Of a stretch of DNA of 64,000 nt, positions 1 through 7,001 are shown piece by piece. Both the position numbers and the translations under genes were made by a program. Within the stretch, counting starts at the first letter, position 1; each line of letters starts with the position of its first letter. The stretch comes from a virus. The notes beneath the pieces are model-generated. The model worked only from the letters and a program-made list of their open reading frames with translations, was not told where the DNA came from and did no database searches. Where the stretch lies: IMG/VR virus record IMGVR_UViG_3300032116_000104, positions 1-64,000 of that record; one strand, 5' to 3'.

Positions 1-1
1 G

Positions 2-178
2 CGTAAAAACGGCGTTCATGCGCTTCTTATCCCATCTATGAATGGTGCTATCTGGACTTCTGAAACTAGAGCCAAGAAAGAAGCCAAAAAGATGGTCAAA
101 TGGGACAAGCGTATGGCTAGGCTAAACAAAATCCCACTCTCCCAGATTCCTAGAACAGAATGGGCTCAGAATCCATGA
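2..178 (+). CDS. Partial hypothetical protein (5' end outside window)
   Basis: Frame open from position 2 (RKNGVHALL...WAQNP). Its TGA at 176-178 overlaps the next ATG (ATGA coupling). Confidence 0.6.
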   Translation, partial: RKNGVHALLIPSMNGAIWTSETRAKKEAKKMVKWDKRMARLNKIPLSQIPRTEWAQNP

Positions 179-381
179 CCGATGACATTGTGACCCGACT
201 ACGAGATTTACGGGAAGTGTTGATGGGTAACCCGATTATGGCTCGTGAAGTTCAAGAGGCTATGGATGAGATTGAACGCCTACGGGCAGACCTTGAAAAT
301 GTGCGTGACATGAACGAGCAACTGACTGAGGAATTACAGACCTACTACAGCGAGGATGAACTAAATGCCGACTGGGAATGA
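175..381 (+). CDS. Small coiled-coil hypothetical protein (MTDDIVTRLR family)
   Basis: ATG at 175 coupled to the upstream stop; paralog of 594..803. Confidence 0.75.
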   Translation: MTDDIVTRLRDLREVLMGNPIMAREVQEAMDEIERLRADLENVRDMNEQLTEELQTYYSEDELNADWE

Positions 382-622
382 AGCAAAGTGCGATTGCGCC
401 AGTATGAATGGACAAATGTGTTATCCATGTTTAGTAAAAGATTACTACGCCATCTCTGCGGATAACTTTAGACTTATCCATGAGAACCAAAGCCTAAGAG
501 CGGAGCGCGACAAATGGGAAAAACTAGCCAAAGAGCGCAACCCAAATTCGTGGAGAAATCTTGTTCAAAAAAGGTACGGAATAGAGGATATATATGAGCG
601 ATGACATTGTGACCCGACTACG
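180..622 (+). repeat. 24-bp direct repeat CGATGACATTGTGACCCGACTACG at 180-203 and 599-622
   Basis: Identical copies at the 5' ends of two paralogous genes. Confidence 0.85.
365..604 (+). CDS. Hypothetical protein with Cys-rich N-terminus (CxC...CxxC)
   Basis: 79-aa ORF overlapping both neighbours in an operon-like arrangement. Confidence 0.65.
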   Translation: MPTGNEAKCDCASMNGQMCYPCLVKDYYAISADNFRLIHENQSLRAERDKWEKLAKERNPNSWRNLVQKRYGIEDIYER

Positions 623-803
623 GGAGACTGTTGACAGGAGAACATCTCTTGTTTCAAACGGCATTACGCGTGTCCGAGCCGAAACGCAGTTGATGATAGA
701 AGCCGCTGACGATATTGAACTCCTGCGGGCAGAAAACAAAAGGCTGAGTGATTGCCTGAGCGAAATATATTCAGTAGCGAGTTTTGCTGTTCACGGCGAA
801 TAA
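594..803 (+). CDS. Small coiled-coil hypothetical protein (MSDDIVTRLR family)
   Basis: GAGGA RBS; shares its N-terminus and an EA.D.IE.LRA motif with 175..381. Confidence 0.75.
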   Translation: MSDDIVTRLRETVDRRTSLVSNGITRVRAETQLMIEAADDIELLRAENKRLSDCLSEIYSVASFAVHGE

Positions 804-810
804 AATTCAC

Positions 811-885
811 TGGGGAATGGTGTAATTGGCAACACATCAGGTTTTGGTCCTGAGATTGAGGGTTCAAGTCCTTCTTCCCCAACCA
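811..885 (+). tRNA. tRNA-Gln(UUG)
   Basis: Acceptor stem TGGGGAA/TTCCCCA; anticodon arm TCAGG-TTTTGGT-CCTGA; GGTTCAA T-loop; encoded CCA. Confidence 0.95.
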
Positions 886-894
886 ACACAATCA

Positions 895-971
895 GCCCCT
901 ATGGCGCAGGCTGGTAGCGCATCGGACTTTTAATCCGCTGGTCGTAGGTTCAAATCCTACTGGGGGCACCA
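895..971 (+). tRNA. tRNA-Lys(UUU)
   Basis: Acceptor stem GCCCCTA/TGGGGGC; anticodon loop CTTTTAA; GGTTCAAATCC; encoded CCA. Confidence 0.95.
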
Positions 972-990
972 GGAACAAGGTGGTCAATCA

Positions 991-1443
991 ATGAAAAATA
1001 AACATGAAATGAAATGGCTTGAGGGTTGCGACCATCTCGCCAGGATTTTCTCCACCTGCTCCAAGCGTCAGTACGCCTCCGTCGTTCTTGCTCCCAACAA
1101 GCGTGTCGTGGGTTTCGGGTATAACGGCTCTCCCCCTGGTATGGCGCATTGCGTAGACGGAGGCTGTCCTAGGGCTCTAGAGACTGATATTCCAGGCTCC
1201 AATTACGACACCTGTATTGCGCAACATGCCGAGGCTGGGGCACTGCTGTGGTCAGACCCAGCGATGCGAAGCGGTGGGACGCTCATCGTGAACGGTCCCC
1301 CCTGTATGGGGTGCGCCAAGTTGGTTGCTTCCTCGGGAATAGCGAGAGTTGTTCATTACAACGACCCTAGATACAGTCAGTGGGGAGATGTGGCGCAATT
1401 TCTGGCAGATGCTGGAATAGTCGTTGTATCTCTAGATAGATGA
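991..1443 (+). CDS. dCMP deaminase (cytidine/deoxycytidylate deaminase family)
   Basis: STC.KRQ, GYNG.P.G..HC, HAE and PCxxC zinc motifs. Confidence 0.92.
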   Translation: MKNKHEMKWLEGCDHLARIFSTCSKRQYASVVLAPNKRVVGFGYNGSPPGMAHCVDGGCPRALETDIPGSNYDTCIAQHAEAGALLWSDPAMRSGGTLIVNGPPCMGCAKLVASSGIARVVHYNDPRYSQWGDVAQFLADAGIVVVSLDR

Positions 1444-1454
1444 AATGAGGAATC

Positions 1455-2327
1455 ATGAAGAAAATAATTACTATAACTGCACTGCTTTTGTCTGCCTGTG
1501 GTGGCTCTGGTGAGCAAAGTACCACCACGACCGAGGCCATAAAGCCAGTCACCATCGCCGCTGTTGGGGACATCTCCTGTAGCCAGTCTCAGCGCAAGAG
1601 CGGTAAGTACCTCTGTGAGGACGACAGGGTGGCCGACATCGTCCGCCAGCAGAATCCAGACCATCTCTTCCTTCTTGGCGATATCCAGTACCACAGCCAT
1701 ACTGTCAAGAACTTCAGGGAGAACTTCGCCCTCATCTGGGCTGACCTTCTTGATATCTCTAAGCCTATTCCTGGGAACCACGAGTATGTAGAGCGTGGAG
1801 CCAAGGGCTACTACGCCATATGGACAAAGTATCCCAATCCTGGGTACTACTCCTTTGAACTGAACGAGGACTGGATGGTTGTCGCCCTCAATACCAACGA
1901 CAACTGTTCCGACCTCCCCTGCAAGAAGGGGTCCGAGCAATACAGATGGCTTGAGGCTCAGTTGACGCAAAATCCAGACAAGTGCGTCATTGCGATGGCA
2001 CACCACCCCCGATTCTCCTCAGGGGCACATGGCTCTTCTGCATCCGTCAAGGACGCATACGACCTGATGACAAAGTACGGAGTTGTCATGCTTCTGAGCG
2101 GTCACGACCATCATTACGAGCGCTTCAATACCAGCCCCAAGCAATTTGTGGTCGGCACTGGCGGTAAGGATGTCCGTCGTGTGGGCAAGATTGAGAATTC
2201 CGTGTTCTCCTACAACAAGGGGAGCGGCGCCCTTTTCCTTGAGATTTATGGAAAAACGGTGTCTACTGAGTTCATTACCGTTGAAGGTAATGTTCTGGAC
2301 ACAGATGTGACTACCTGCTCAAAGTAG
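1455..2327 (+). CDS. Lipoprotein metallophosphoesterase (purple-acid-phosphatase type)
   Basis: Signal peptide with lipobox LSAC; motifs GD, GDIQY, GNHE, HHP and GHDH. Confidence 0.9.
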   Translation: MKKIITITALLLSACGGSGEQSTTTTEAIKPVTIAAVGDISCSQSQRKSGKYLCEDDRVADIVRQQNPDHLFLLGDIQYHSHTVKNFRENFALIWADLLDISKPIPGNHEYVERGAKGYYAIWTKYPNPGYYSFELNEDWMVVALNTNDNCSDLPCKKGSEQYRWLEAQLTQNPDKCVIAMAHHPRFSSGAHGSSASVKDAYDLMTKYGVVMLLSGHDHHYERFNTSPKQFVVGTGGKDVRRVGKIENSVFSYNKGSGALFLEIYGKTVSTEFITVEGNVLDTDVTTCSK

Positions 2328-2334
2328 GTGTCTC

Positions 2335-2407
2335 GCCGCTGAAGCATATATGGCTATGCACCCGCCTTGTAAGCGGGAGATAGTGGGTTCAAATCCCACC
2401 AGCGGCT
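2335..2407 (+). tRNA. tRNA-Thr(UGU)
   Basis: Acceptor stem GCCGCTG/CAGCGGC; anticodon arm CCCGC-CTTGTAA-GCGGG; GGTTCAAATCC; no encoded CCA. Confidence 0.92.
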
Positions 2408-3016
2408 CTAATCCATAGGCGGTAATTTCACCTTGGTTTCTATGAGTCTAATTGAATTTGTCCAACTGGAAGCCAGTTGTGAGCCAAGTTCAGTTACTTG
2501 GTCACCCCCATAGATAAAGCCACCCCAGTTGCCAGCGACATTGACGATGTCGGCAACATTGATGAGTTTCGTGGCCACCCTCTTTCTGCGGTGCTGTTCA
2601 GCGACATAAATCTGCTCAATCTTGGGGTCACCCATTCCCCACCTGATTGCCGCCGCCCTGCTGGATAGTTCTACGCCAGTCTTCAAGAACTCTTGCTGCT
2701 CTATGACGGTTCCGTCTGCATACATATCATTGGCAAAGCCTATGAGTGTCTGTTTCGGCGGGTACTCTCCGTATTCCCTGACCAGGAGATACCACATTGA
2801 CGGAGCATCTGGGAGATGCTCTTTCGGCACATGAACGAGCAGTTTTCCTCTGTCATCAAGAGAGGTGTATGACCATGGTTCGTCATTGGTCGGCTTTACT
2901 GGAGAGCGAGATAGTGATGGTTTTTCTCTCTCGTCGTTTGAGAATGAGTACGCCTCAAACCATTCAGCGTTTAACCGAGAAGCCTGCCAAAACCATAGAG
3001 TGACAAACTTGCCCAT
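2408..3016 (-). CDS. Putative GNAT-family acetyltransferase
   Basis: C-terminal IEQIYVAEQHRRKRVATKLI resembles the GNAT acetyl-CoA-binding motif A. Confidence 0.6.
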   Translation of the reverse strand: MGKFVTLWFWQASRLNAEWFEAYSFSNDEREKPSLSRSPVKPTNDEPWSYTSLDDRGKLLVHVPKEHLPDAPSMWYLLVREYGEYPPKQTLIGFANDMYADGTVIEQQEFLKTGVELSSRAAAIRWGMGDPKIEQIYVAEQHRRKRVATKLINVADIVNVAGNWGGFIYGGDQVTELGSQLASSWTNSIRLIETKVKLPPMD

Positions 3017-3025
3017 TGGGGCATA

Positions 3026-3559
3026 TTAGGGGATGGCTGGATACCTGGCGATAAGTTCCCAGGCAGTCGGGTCAGTGCTTGGCCTATAAGCGATTGTTAC
3101 TGTTGCCGAAGCAAGAGTGTAGTCAATCTCGTCAAAGTCTCCTGCCGTACCCTCAATCCAAAGGGCAAGGTAGTCGCGTGGACCCATAAGACCCTCTGAA
3201 AGGACTACGTTTTTATGCGTCTGAGTCACATCGCCAGAGGGAACGGTCAACCTTACGGTCTCGCTCACGGTGCTAATAACACCAGACTCAGCAATGGTCA
3301 CGACTGGCTTTTCGCTGTCACCGAACACTCCGAAAAGAGGAAATGCCTGCTCGGACAGGGGGTTCTCCTCGGTTGGTGTTGGATGGGCAACGACAGCGTA
3401 TAGAGACCACACTCTTGCTAGTTCCACGGAGCCAGCCGCCTCTGCGTTCACGGCAAACGAGACCGACTCAATCTGTACTTTTTGCGGGAAAGAGATGAGC
3501 CTATAATTGCTCGGGCTTGTCTCAAGATTGTCAATTTGGATGGTCATTAAATGGCTCAC
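3026..3559 (-). CDS. Hypothetical beta-rich protein
   Basis: GGAGG 6 nt before GTG at 3559 (alternative ATG at 3547); weak resemblance to 44623..44973. Confidence 0.65.
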   Translation of the reverse strand: MSHLMTIQIDNLETSPSNYRLISFPQKVQIESVSFAVNAEAAGSVELARVWSLYAVVAHPTPTEENPLSEQAFPLFGVFGDSEKPVVTIAESGVISTVSETVRLTVPSGDVTQTHKNVVLSEGLMGPRDYLALWIEGTAGDFDEIDYTLASATVTIAYRPSTDPTAWELIARYPAIP

Positions 3560-3615
3560 GATTAACCTCCGTGTCTGCCGCCATTGTACATTACGGGCGG
3601 AGGGGGTGCGGAAGG

Positions 3616-3644
3616 TTGCAAGCCTGGATTTCACGGGCTAGAGT
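3616..3644 (+). promoter_or_regulatory. Sigma70-type promoter for tRNA-Ser/tRNA-Leu
   Basis: TTGCAA-N17-TAGAGT ending 10 nt before tRNA-Ser. Confidence 0.6.
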
Positions 3645-3654
3645 GCTGGGACCA

Positions 3655-3741
3655 GGAAGGGTGGCAGAGTGGCCGAATGCGTCTGTCTTGAAAACAGAAT
3701 CAGGTGTGAGCCTGACGGGGGTTCAAATCCCTCCCCTTCCG
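3655..3741 (+). tRNA. tRNA-Ser(UGA)
   Basis: Acceptor stem GGAAGGG/CCCTTCC; anticodon arm TCTGT-CTTGAAA-ACAGA; long variable arm. Confidence 0.93.
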
Positions 3742-3743
3742 CT

Positions 3744-3791
3744 GGGTGGTGGCGTTGTGCGTCCGAACAATAAACGGCGTCACCACCCTTT
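3744..3791 (+). other. 15-bp stem-loop between tRNA-Ser and tRNA-Leu
   Basis: GGGTGGTGGCGTTGT pairs with ACGGCGTCACCACCC (three G-U pairs), followed by TTT. Confidence 0.6.
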
Positions 3792-3873
3792 GACCGAGTG
3801 GCGGAACTGGCAGACGCGCAGGATTTAGGTTCCTGTACCGTAAGGTGTGAGGGTTCAAGTCCCTCCTTGGTCA
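3792..3873 (+). tRNA. tRNA-Leu(UAG)
   Basis: Acceptor stem GACCGAG/CTTGGTC; anticodon arm CAGGA-TTTAGGT-TCCTG; variable arm. Confidence 0.93.
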
Positions 3874-3887
3874 CAAAGCGAGGATAC

Positions 3888-4418
3888 ATGTCGTACAACT
3901 ATGTACAGGCCTTCAAGGAGGGCCATTATTACAACGAGATTGTTGCTGGCTACCTGCGTTCGCATGGAATCAATTGTGTTGCCCCAGAACTAAAGATAGC
4001 CCAAAACTCTCAAGAAGTAAAAGAAATGACTCTTTCCGAGAAGGACGTTGTTATAAGCGCTTCTGGAAGCGTCATTGAAGTCAAGTCCAATAGGAGGGAG
4101 TTCTTCTGGGAGCCATCAGCATTCCCCTACAAGAGCATCATTGTTGACACTGTGAGTAGTTACGAGAGCAAAGAGGTCAAGCCCATTGCGTATGTCTTTG
4201 TCAGCCGCACAAATGGCGCGATGGTAACTATTGGTTCTTCTACATTCAAGAAATGGAAAAAAGTCAGTCTTTATGACAAGTATCAAAAAATTACTGACGA
4301 CTTCTATCTGGCTAATAAATCTGAAATCAGACCGATATCCGACCTTGTCCGACACATTCTTGATGGTCAAAACACAACCAACAACCGTGGACGCAATAGC
4401 GGTAGGTTGATAAAGTAA
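3888..4418 (+). CDS. PD-(D/E)xK nuclease-fold protein
   Basis: ATG at 3888 after GAGGA; E...D.......IEVKS catalytic-type pattern. Confidence 0.6.
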   Translation: MSYNYVQAFKEGHYYNEIVAGYLRSHGINCVAPELKIAQNSQEVKEMTLSEKDVVISASGSVIEVKSNRREFFWEPSAFPYKSIIVDTVSSYESKEVKPIAYVFVSRTNGAMVTIGSSTFKKWKKVSLYDKYQKITDDFYLANKSEIRPISDLVRHILDGQNTTNNRGRNSGRLIK

Positions 4419-4425
4419 AAATCTC

Positions 4426-4498
4426 GCCCTCGTGGCGCAGTGGATAGCGCAACGGACTTCTAATCCGCAGGTCGCAGGTTCAAATCCTGCCGAGGGCA
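4426..4498 (+). tRNA. tRNA-Arg(UCU)
   Basis: Acceptor stem GCCCTCG/CGAGGGC; anticodon loop CTTCTAA; GGTTCAAATCC. Confidence 0.94.
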
Positions 4499-4729
4499 CT
4501 ACTTGGCGAGTTTCTTGCCTTCAGGGGAAACCCTGATTGACCGCGCAATGCGTGGATTCATCTCAATGTATCCTTGACGAAGACATTGCTTGACAACCTT
4601 GTGGATTGTGGCAGAGGACGACAATCCAATCTCAGGACCAATTTCACGCATGTTGGGCGGATAGCCGTTCTGCTTGGTGTATTCCATTACAAAGCGGACA
4701 ATCTTCTTGAACTTCTCTTCTTGGGTCAT
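4499..4729 (-). CDS. LexA-like winged-helix DNA-binding protein (N-terminal domain only)
   Basis: GYPPNMREIG..IGLSS.ATIH......GYI...PRIARSI matches the LexA DNA-binding domain; no S24 peptidase domain. Confidence 0.85.
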   Translation of the reverse strand: MTQEEKFKKIVRFVMEYTKQNGYPPNMREIGPEIGLSSSATIHKVVKQCLRQGYIEMNPRIARSIRVSPEGKKLAK

Positions 4730-5049
4730 TTTGCCAATCCCTGATTTCTCTTGTTCCTCTTGGAAGCGGCGTCCATGGCTCGCTTTCTGATGTCTTGTGC
4801 AGCGACAGCAAAATTGTATTCCGCACCCCAGATTGCGGTGGGGTGAAGCCCCAGATGCTCGGCAATCTGCTCAGCACGGAGAAGGGTGACTCCAACCTTT
4901 TCCCATCTGAGAAAGGCACCCCTGCCAAAACCACACGCCTCAGCAATTTCGTAAACGCCTATCTCATCCCCATCAAAGAGGTCATAGACGGGCTGGAGTG
5001 AGAGGACTGGCTCTGGGTATTCGTTGTTCCTACCCACGCTTCCTCCCAA
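4726..5049 (-). CDS. Putative HTH (Cro/Xre-like) DNA-binding protein; start uncertain
   Basis: EIAEACGFGRGAFLRW...AEQIAEHLGLHPTAIWG; coupled to the LexA-like gene. Confidence 0.6.
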   Translation of the reverse strand: MGGSVGRNNEYPEPVLSLQPVYDLFDGDEIGVYEIAEACGFGRGAFLRWEKVGVTLLRAEQIAEHLGLHPTAIWGAEYNFAVAAQDIRKRAMDAASKRNKRNQGLAK

Positions 5050-5114
5050 AAAATGCTCCGACCAGCAGACCCATTACTGAGCCGATGATGATGCCGACGG
5101 TATAGAAGTACCAG

Positions 5115-5327
5115 TCATTCTTCATTTTTTGCCTCCTTAACAGCCTTGGTGAAAGCGTCACCATCTAGAACAAATTCTGGGATGTGGATGTTATTGCGTA
5201 TCTCAAGTAGCGCATTAATAACATCCCACACCTCCAGCAATGTCAGTCCACTGGTAGACCTATCATGGAGTTCCTTGATGTAGTCGTCCAGAGGGCTGAG
5301 GATTTCCATTACTTGGAATCTTTCCAC
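5115..5327 (-). CDS. Hypothetical protein
   Basis: 70-aa acidic ORF overlapping the upstream gene. Confidence 0.55.
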   Translation of the reverse strand: MERFQVMEILSPLDDYIKELHDRSTSGLTLLEVWDVINALLEIRNNIHIPEFVLDGDAFTKAVKEAKNEE

Positions 5328-5548
5328 AGCGGGTCAAGTTCAATGCCGTACAACTTGCGGAAATCCGAATAGATGGCCTTGATTGCCTTCGGTGTTCCGT
5401 GCGTCGTGTAAATGCGCTGTTCCTTGTTGGGTGGGTAAATCTTGAAGCAGTTCTTCAGGTGGACAACTCTGAATCCGAGTTTCTCAATCTCCCTGAAGAG
5501 AGCCTGCACTTCTTTGCTTCCGTGGTTCCTTGCCATAGTGACTGGCAT
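5309..5548 (-). CDS. HicA-like small protein
   Basis: KEV..L...IEKLGFRV......KIYPP.......HGTP resembles the HicA dsRBD-like fold. Confidence 0.5.
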   Translation of the reverse strand: MPVTMARNHGSKEVQALFREIEKLGFRVVHLKNCFKIYPPNKEQRIYTTHGTPKAIKAIYSDFRKLYGIELDPLWKDSK

Positions 5549-5564
5549 GGTAACTGGTTGTGGG

Positions 5565-5612
5565 AAAAAGACAACCCCCTGGCGAACAAATTTTCTCGCC
5601 AGGGGGTCGTCT
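5565..5612 (-). terminator. Intrinsic terminator after the histone-like gene
   Basis: 17-bp inverted repeat AGACAACCCCCTGGCGA/TCGCCAGGGGGTCGTCT followed by a U-run on the minus strand. Confidence 0.75.
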
Positions 5613-5621
5613 CCGACAGTC

Positions 5622-5909
5622 TTACTTTTTCAGCCAGACAAAAAAGCGAGTGAAGATTCCAGCCTGATTCTTGCGGAGTTTGTCGGCATTGAAGGACAGC
5701 GTCTCAACGATGTCATCCTCAATCTCGGCAACCTTCCGTGCAGGAGCCTTCTTGGTAGGCGCCTTCTTGGCGGGAGCCTTCTTCTTTGCTGGAGAGGTCT
5801 TGCTCGCAGCCTTCTTCGCTGGCGCCGCCTTTTTGGTGGTCGCCTTCTTGGAAGAAGCCTTCTTCGCAGGAGCCTTCTTTGCTGTCTTCTTAACTGGTTT
5901 ATTTGCCAT
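5622..5909 (-). CDS. Histone H1-like Lys/Ala/Pro-rich DNA-binding protein
   Basis: Tandem (P)AKKA repeats over about 60 aa; has its own promoter and terminator. Confidence 0.85.
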   Translation of the reverse strand: MANKPVKKTAKKAPAKKASSKKATTKKAAPAKKAASKTSPAKKKAPAKKAPTKKAPARKVAEIEDDIVETLSFNADKLRKNQAGIFTRFFVWLKK

Positions 5910-5915
5910 ACGGTC

Positions 5916-5944
5916 ATCCTAGCGGCTACTTGGTCGTTTCGCAA
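5916..5944 (-). promoter_or_regulatory. Leaderless promoter for the histone-like gene
   Basis: TTGCGA-N17-TAGGAT-N6-ATG. Confidence 0.7.
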
Positions 5945-5972
5945 GAACCGCCAGCAGGGATATGTATGAAGT

Positions 5973-6617
5973 ATGCTGAAAAGAGTGGAAGAATACGTTG
6001 AAGACCTAAGAAAATTAGCACTTGCCTTGACATCTGCTCAGATGGCCAAGTCTGTTTTCGTGTCCGAGGAGGGAATCGGGGAGGACATCGCTTTCAACTT
6101 TTTCTTCTGGAAAGAGAATAAAGTCGCCCTCATCATGCAACTAAATAAGGAACTGATGGGGCTTGACCATAGGCAAAGATTTATTGTCTGCGCCGACCTA
6201 TGCCTAGCCATCAGGCAGTATTGGGGAGTGGACGCCATAACCATGGTGGCAGAGGGGTACTGCTCCCAGGACCCCGAAAAGACAAAAGGCCTAGAATTGG
6301 CAAGAGAATTCCCTAAGCCAGACTCCAAGGTCATGGAGTGCATAACCATCACCCACGCTGAATATGGCCCCAAACCCGAGCCAAACATCCAACTAATGGC
6401 CTGCCCCTATGAGTACAAGCAGGGTCGCATCGTGGAGTTCCATGACCCAATCTACTATTCCGAGGGTGGCGGCAATATCCTGCGAGACAAAAAATACCCC
6501 GCAATGCTGGCAAAAGCACTCCAAAATGAAGTCCTTCCCAGTACTGACAAACTCAAAGATGAGATTTTGGATGAATTCCACGAAAGAGGAATATTCTCGC
6601 AGGACTTTGGGTTATGA
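5973..6617 (+). CDS. Hypothetical protein
   Basis: 214-aa ORF coupled to the next gene. Confidence 0.8.
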   Translation: MLKRVEEYVEDLRKLALALTSAQMAKSVFVSEEGIGEDIAFNFFFWKENKVALIMQLNKELMGLDHRQRFIVCADLCLAIRQYWGVDAITMVAEGYCSQDPEKTKGLELAREFPKPDSKVMECITITHAEYGPKPEPNIQLMACPYEYKQGRIVEFHDPIYYSEGGGNILRDKKYPAMLAKALQNEVLPSTDKLKDEILDEFHERGIFSQDFGL

Positions 6618-6931
6618 GTAATTGGCATTCTAATAGAAGCAGTGGTCCTGAAAAACTATTTGATGGCGTGTCAATAATTCGCGCCGACAGAATGCCATGC
6701 CCAGTCTGTGGTCATCCAACTGGGGATTGCACTGGAGACACTCCGCCCCCAAAGAAAATCGCAGGTATGGGTGGCGTGTATTCCGACCAAAAAGAAGTAG
6801 GCAAGATTCTTGTGGAAGAGGACATCAAAGAAGAGCGACAGATAACTCCGTTCTACAAAACGACAGTAGTTATCCACAGGAAAGGTTCGTACATCACGAA
6901 GGAAGAAGCAGAGAAGTTCGGACTTCTTTAG
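6614..6931 (+). CDS. Hypothetical protein with CPVCGH...C metal-binding motif
   Basis: 105-aa ORF with ATGA overlap. Confidence 0.75.
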   Translation: MSNWHSNRSSGPEKLFDGVSIIRADRMPCPVCGHPTGDCTGDTPPPKKIAGMGGVYSDQKEVGKILVEEDIKEERQITPFYKTTVVIHRKGSYITKEEAEKFGLL

Positions 6932-7001
6932 ACGCTTTCAGTATTTGATGCTAGGGTATCATCGTAGACCCTAAGAGTTTGCGATTAAGAAAGAGACGCC
7001 C

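Noticed and set aside
3798-3887. Upstream extension of the 206-aa ORF, and ORFs 3517..3828 and 3638..3898
   Set aside because: They overlap tRNA-Ser or tRNA-Leu. The real start is the ATG at 3888 with an RBS.
811-4498. tRNAs as a prophage attachment site or host chromosome boundary
   Set aside because: No integrase, duplicated tRNA 3' end or host housekeeping genes. The tRNAs are interspersed with phage-type ORFs.
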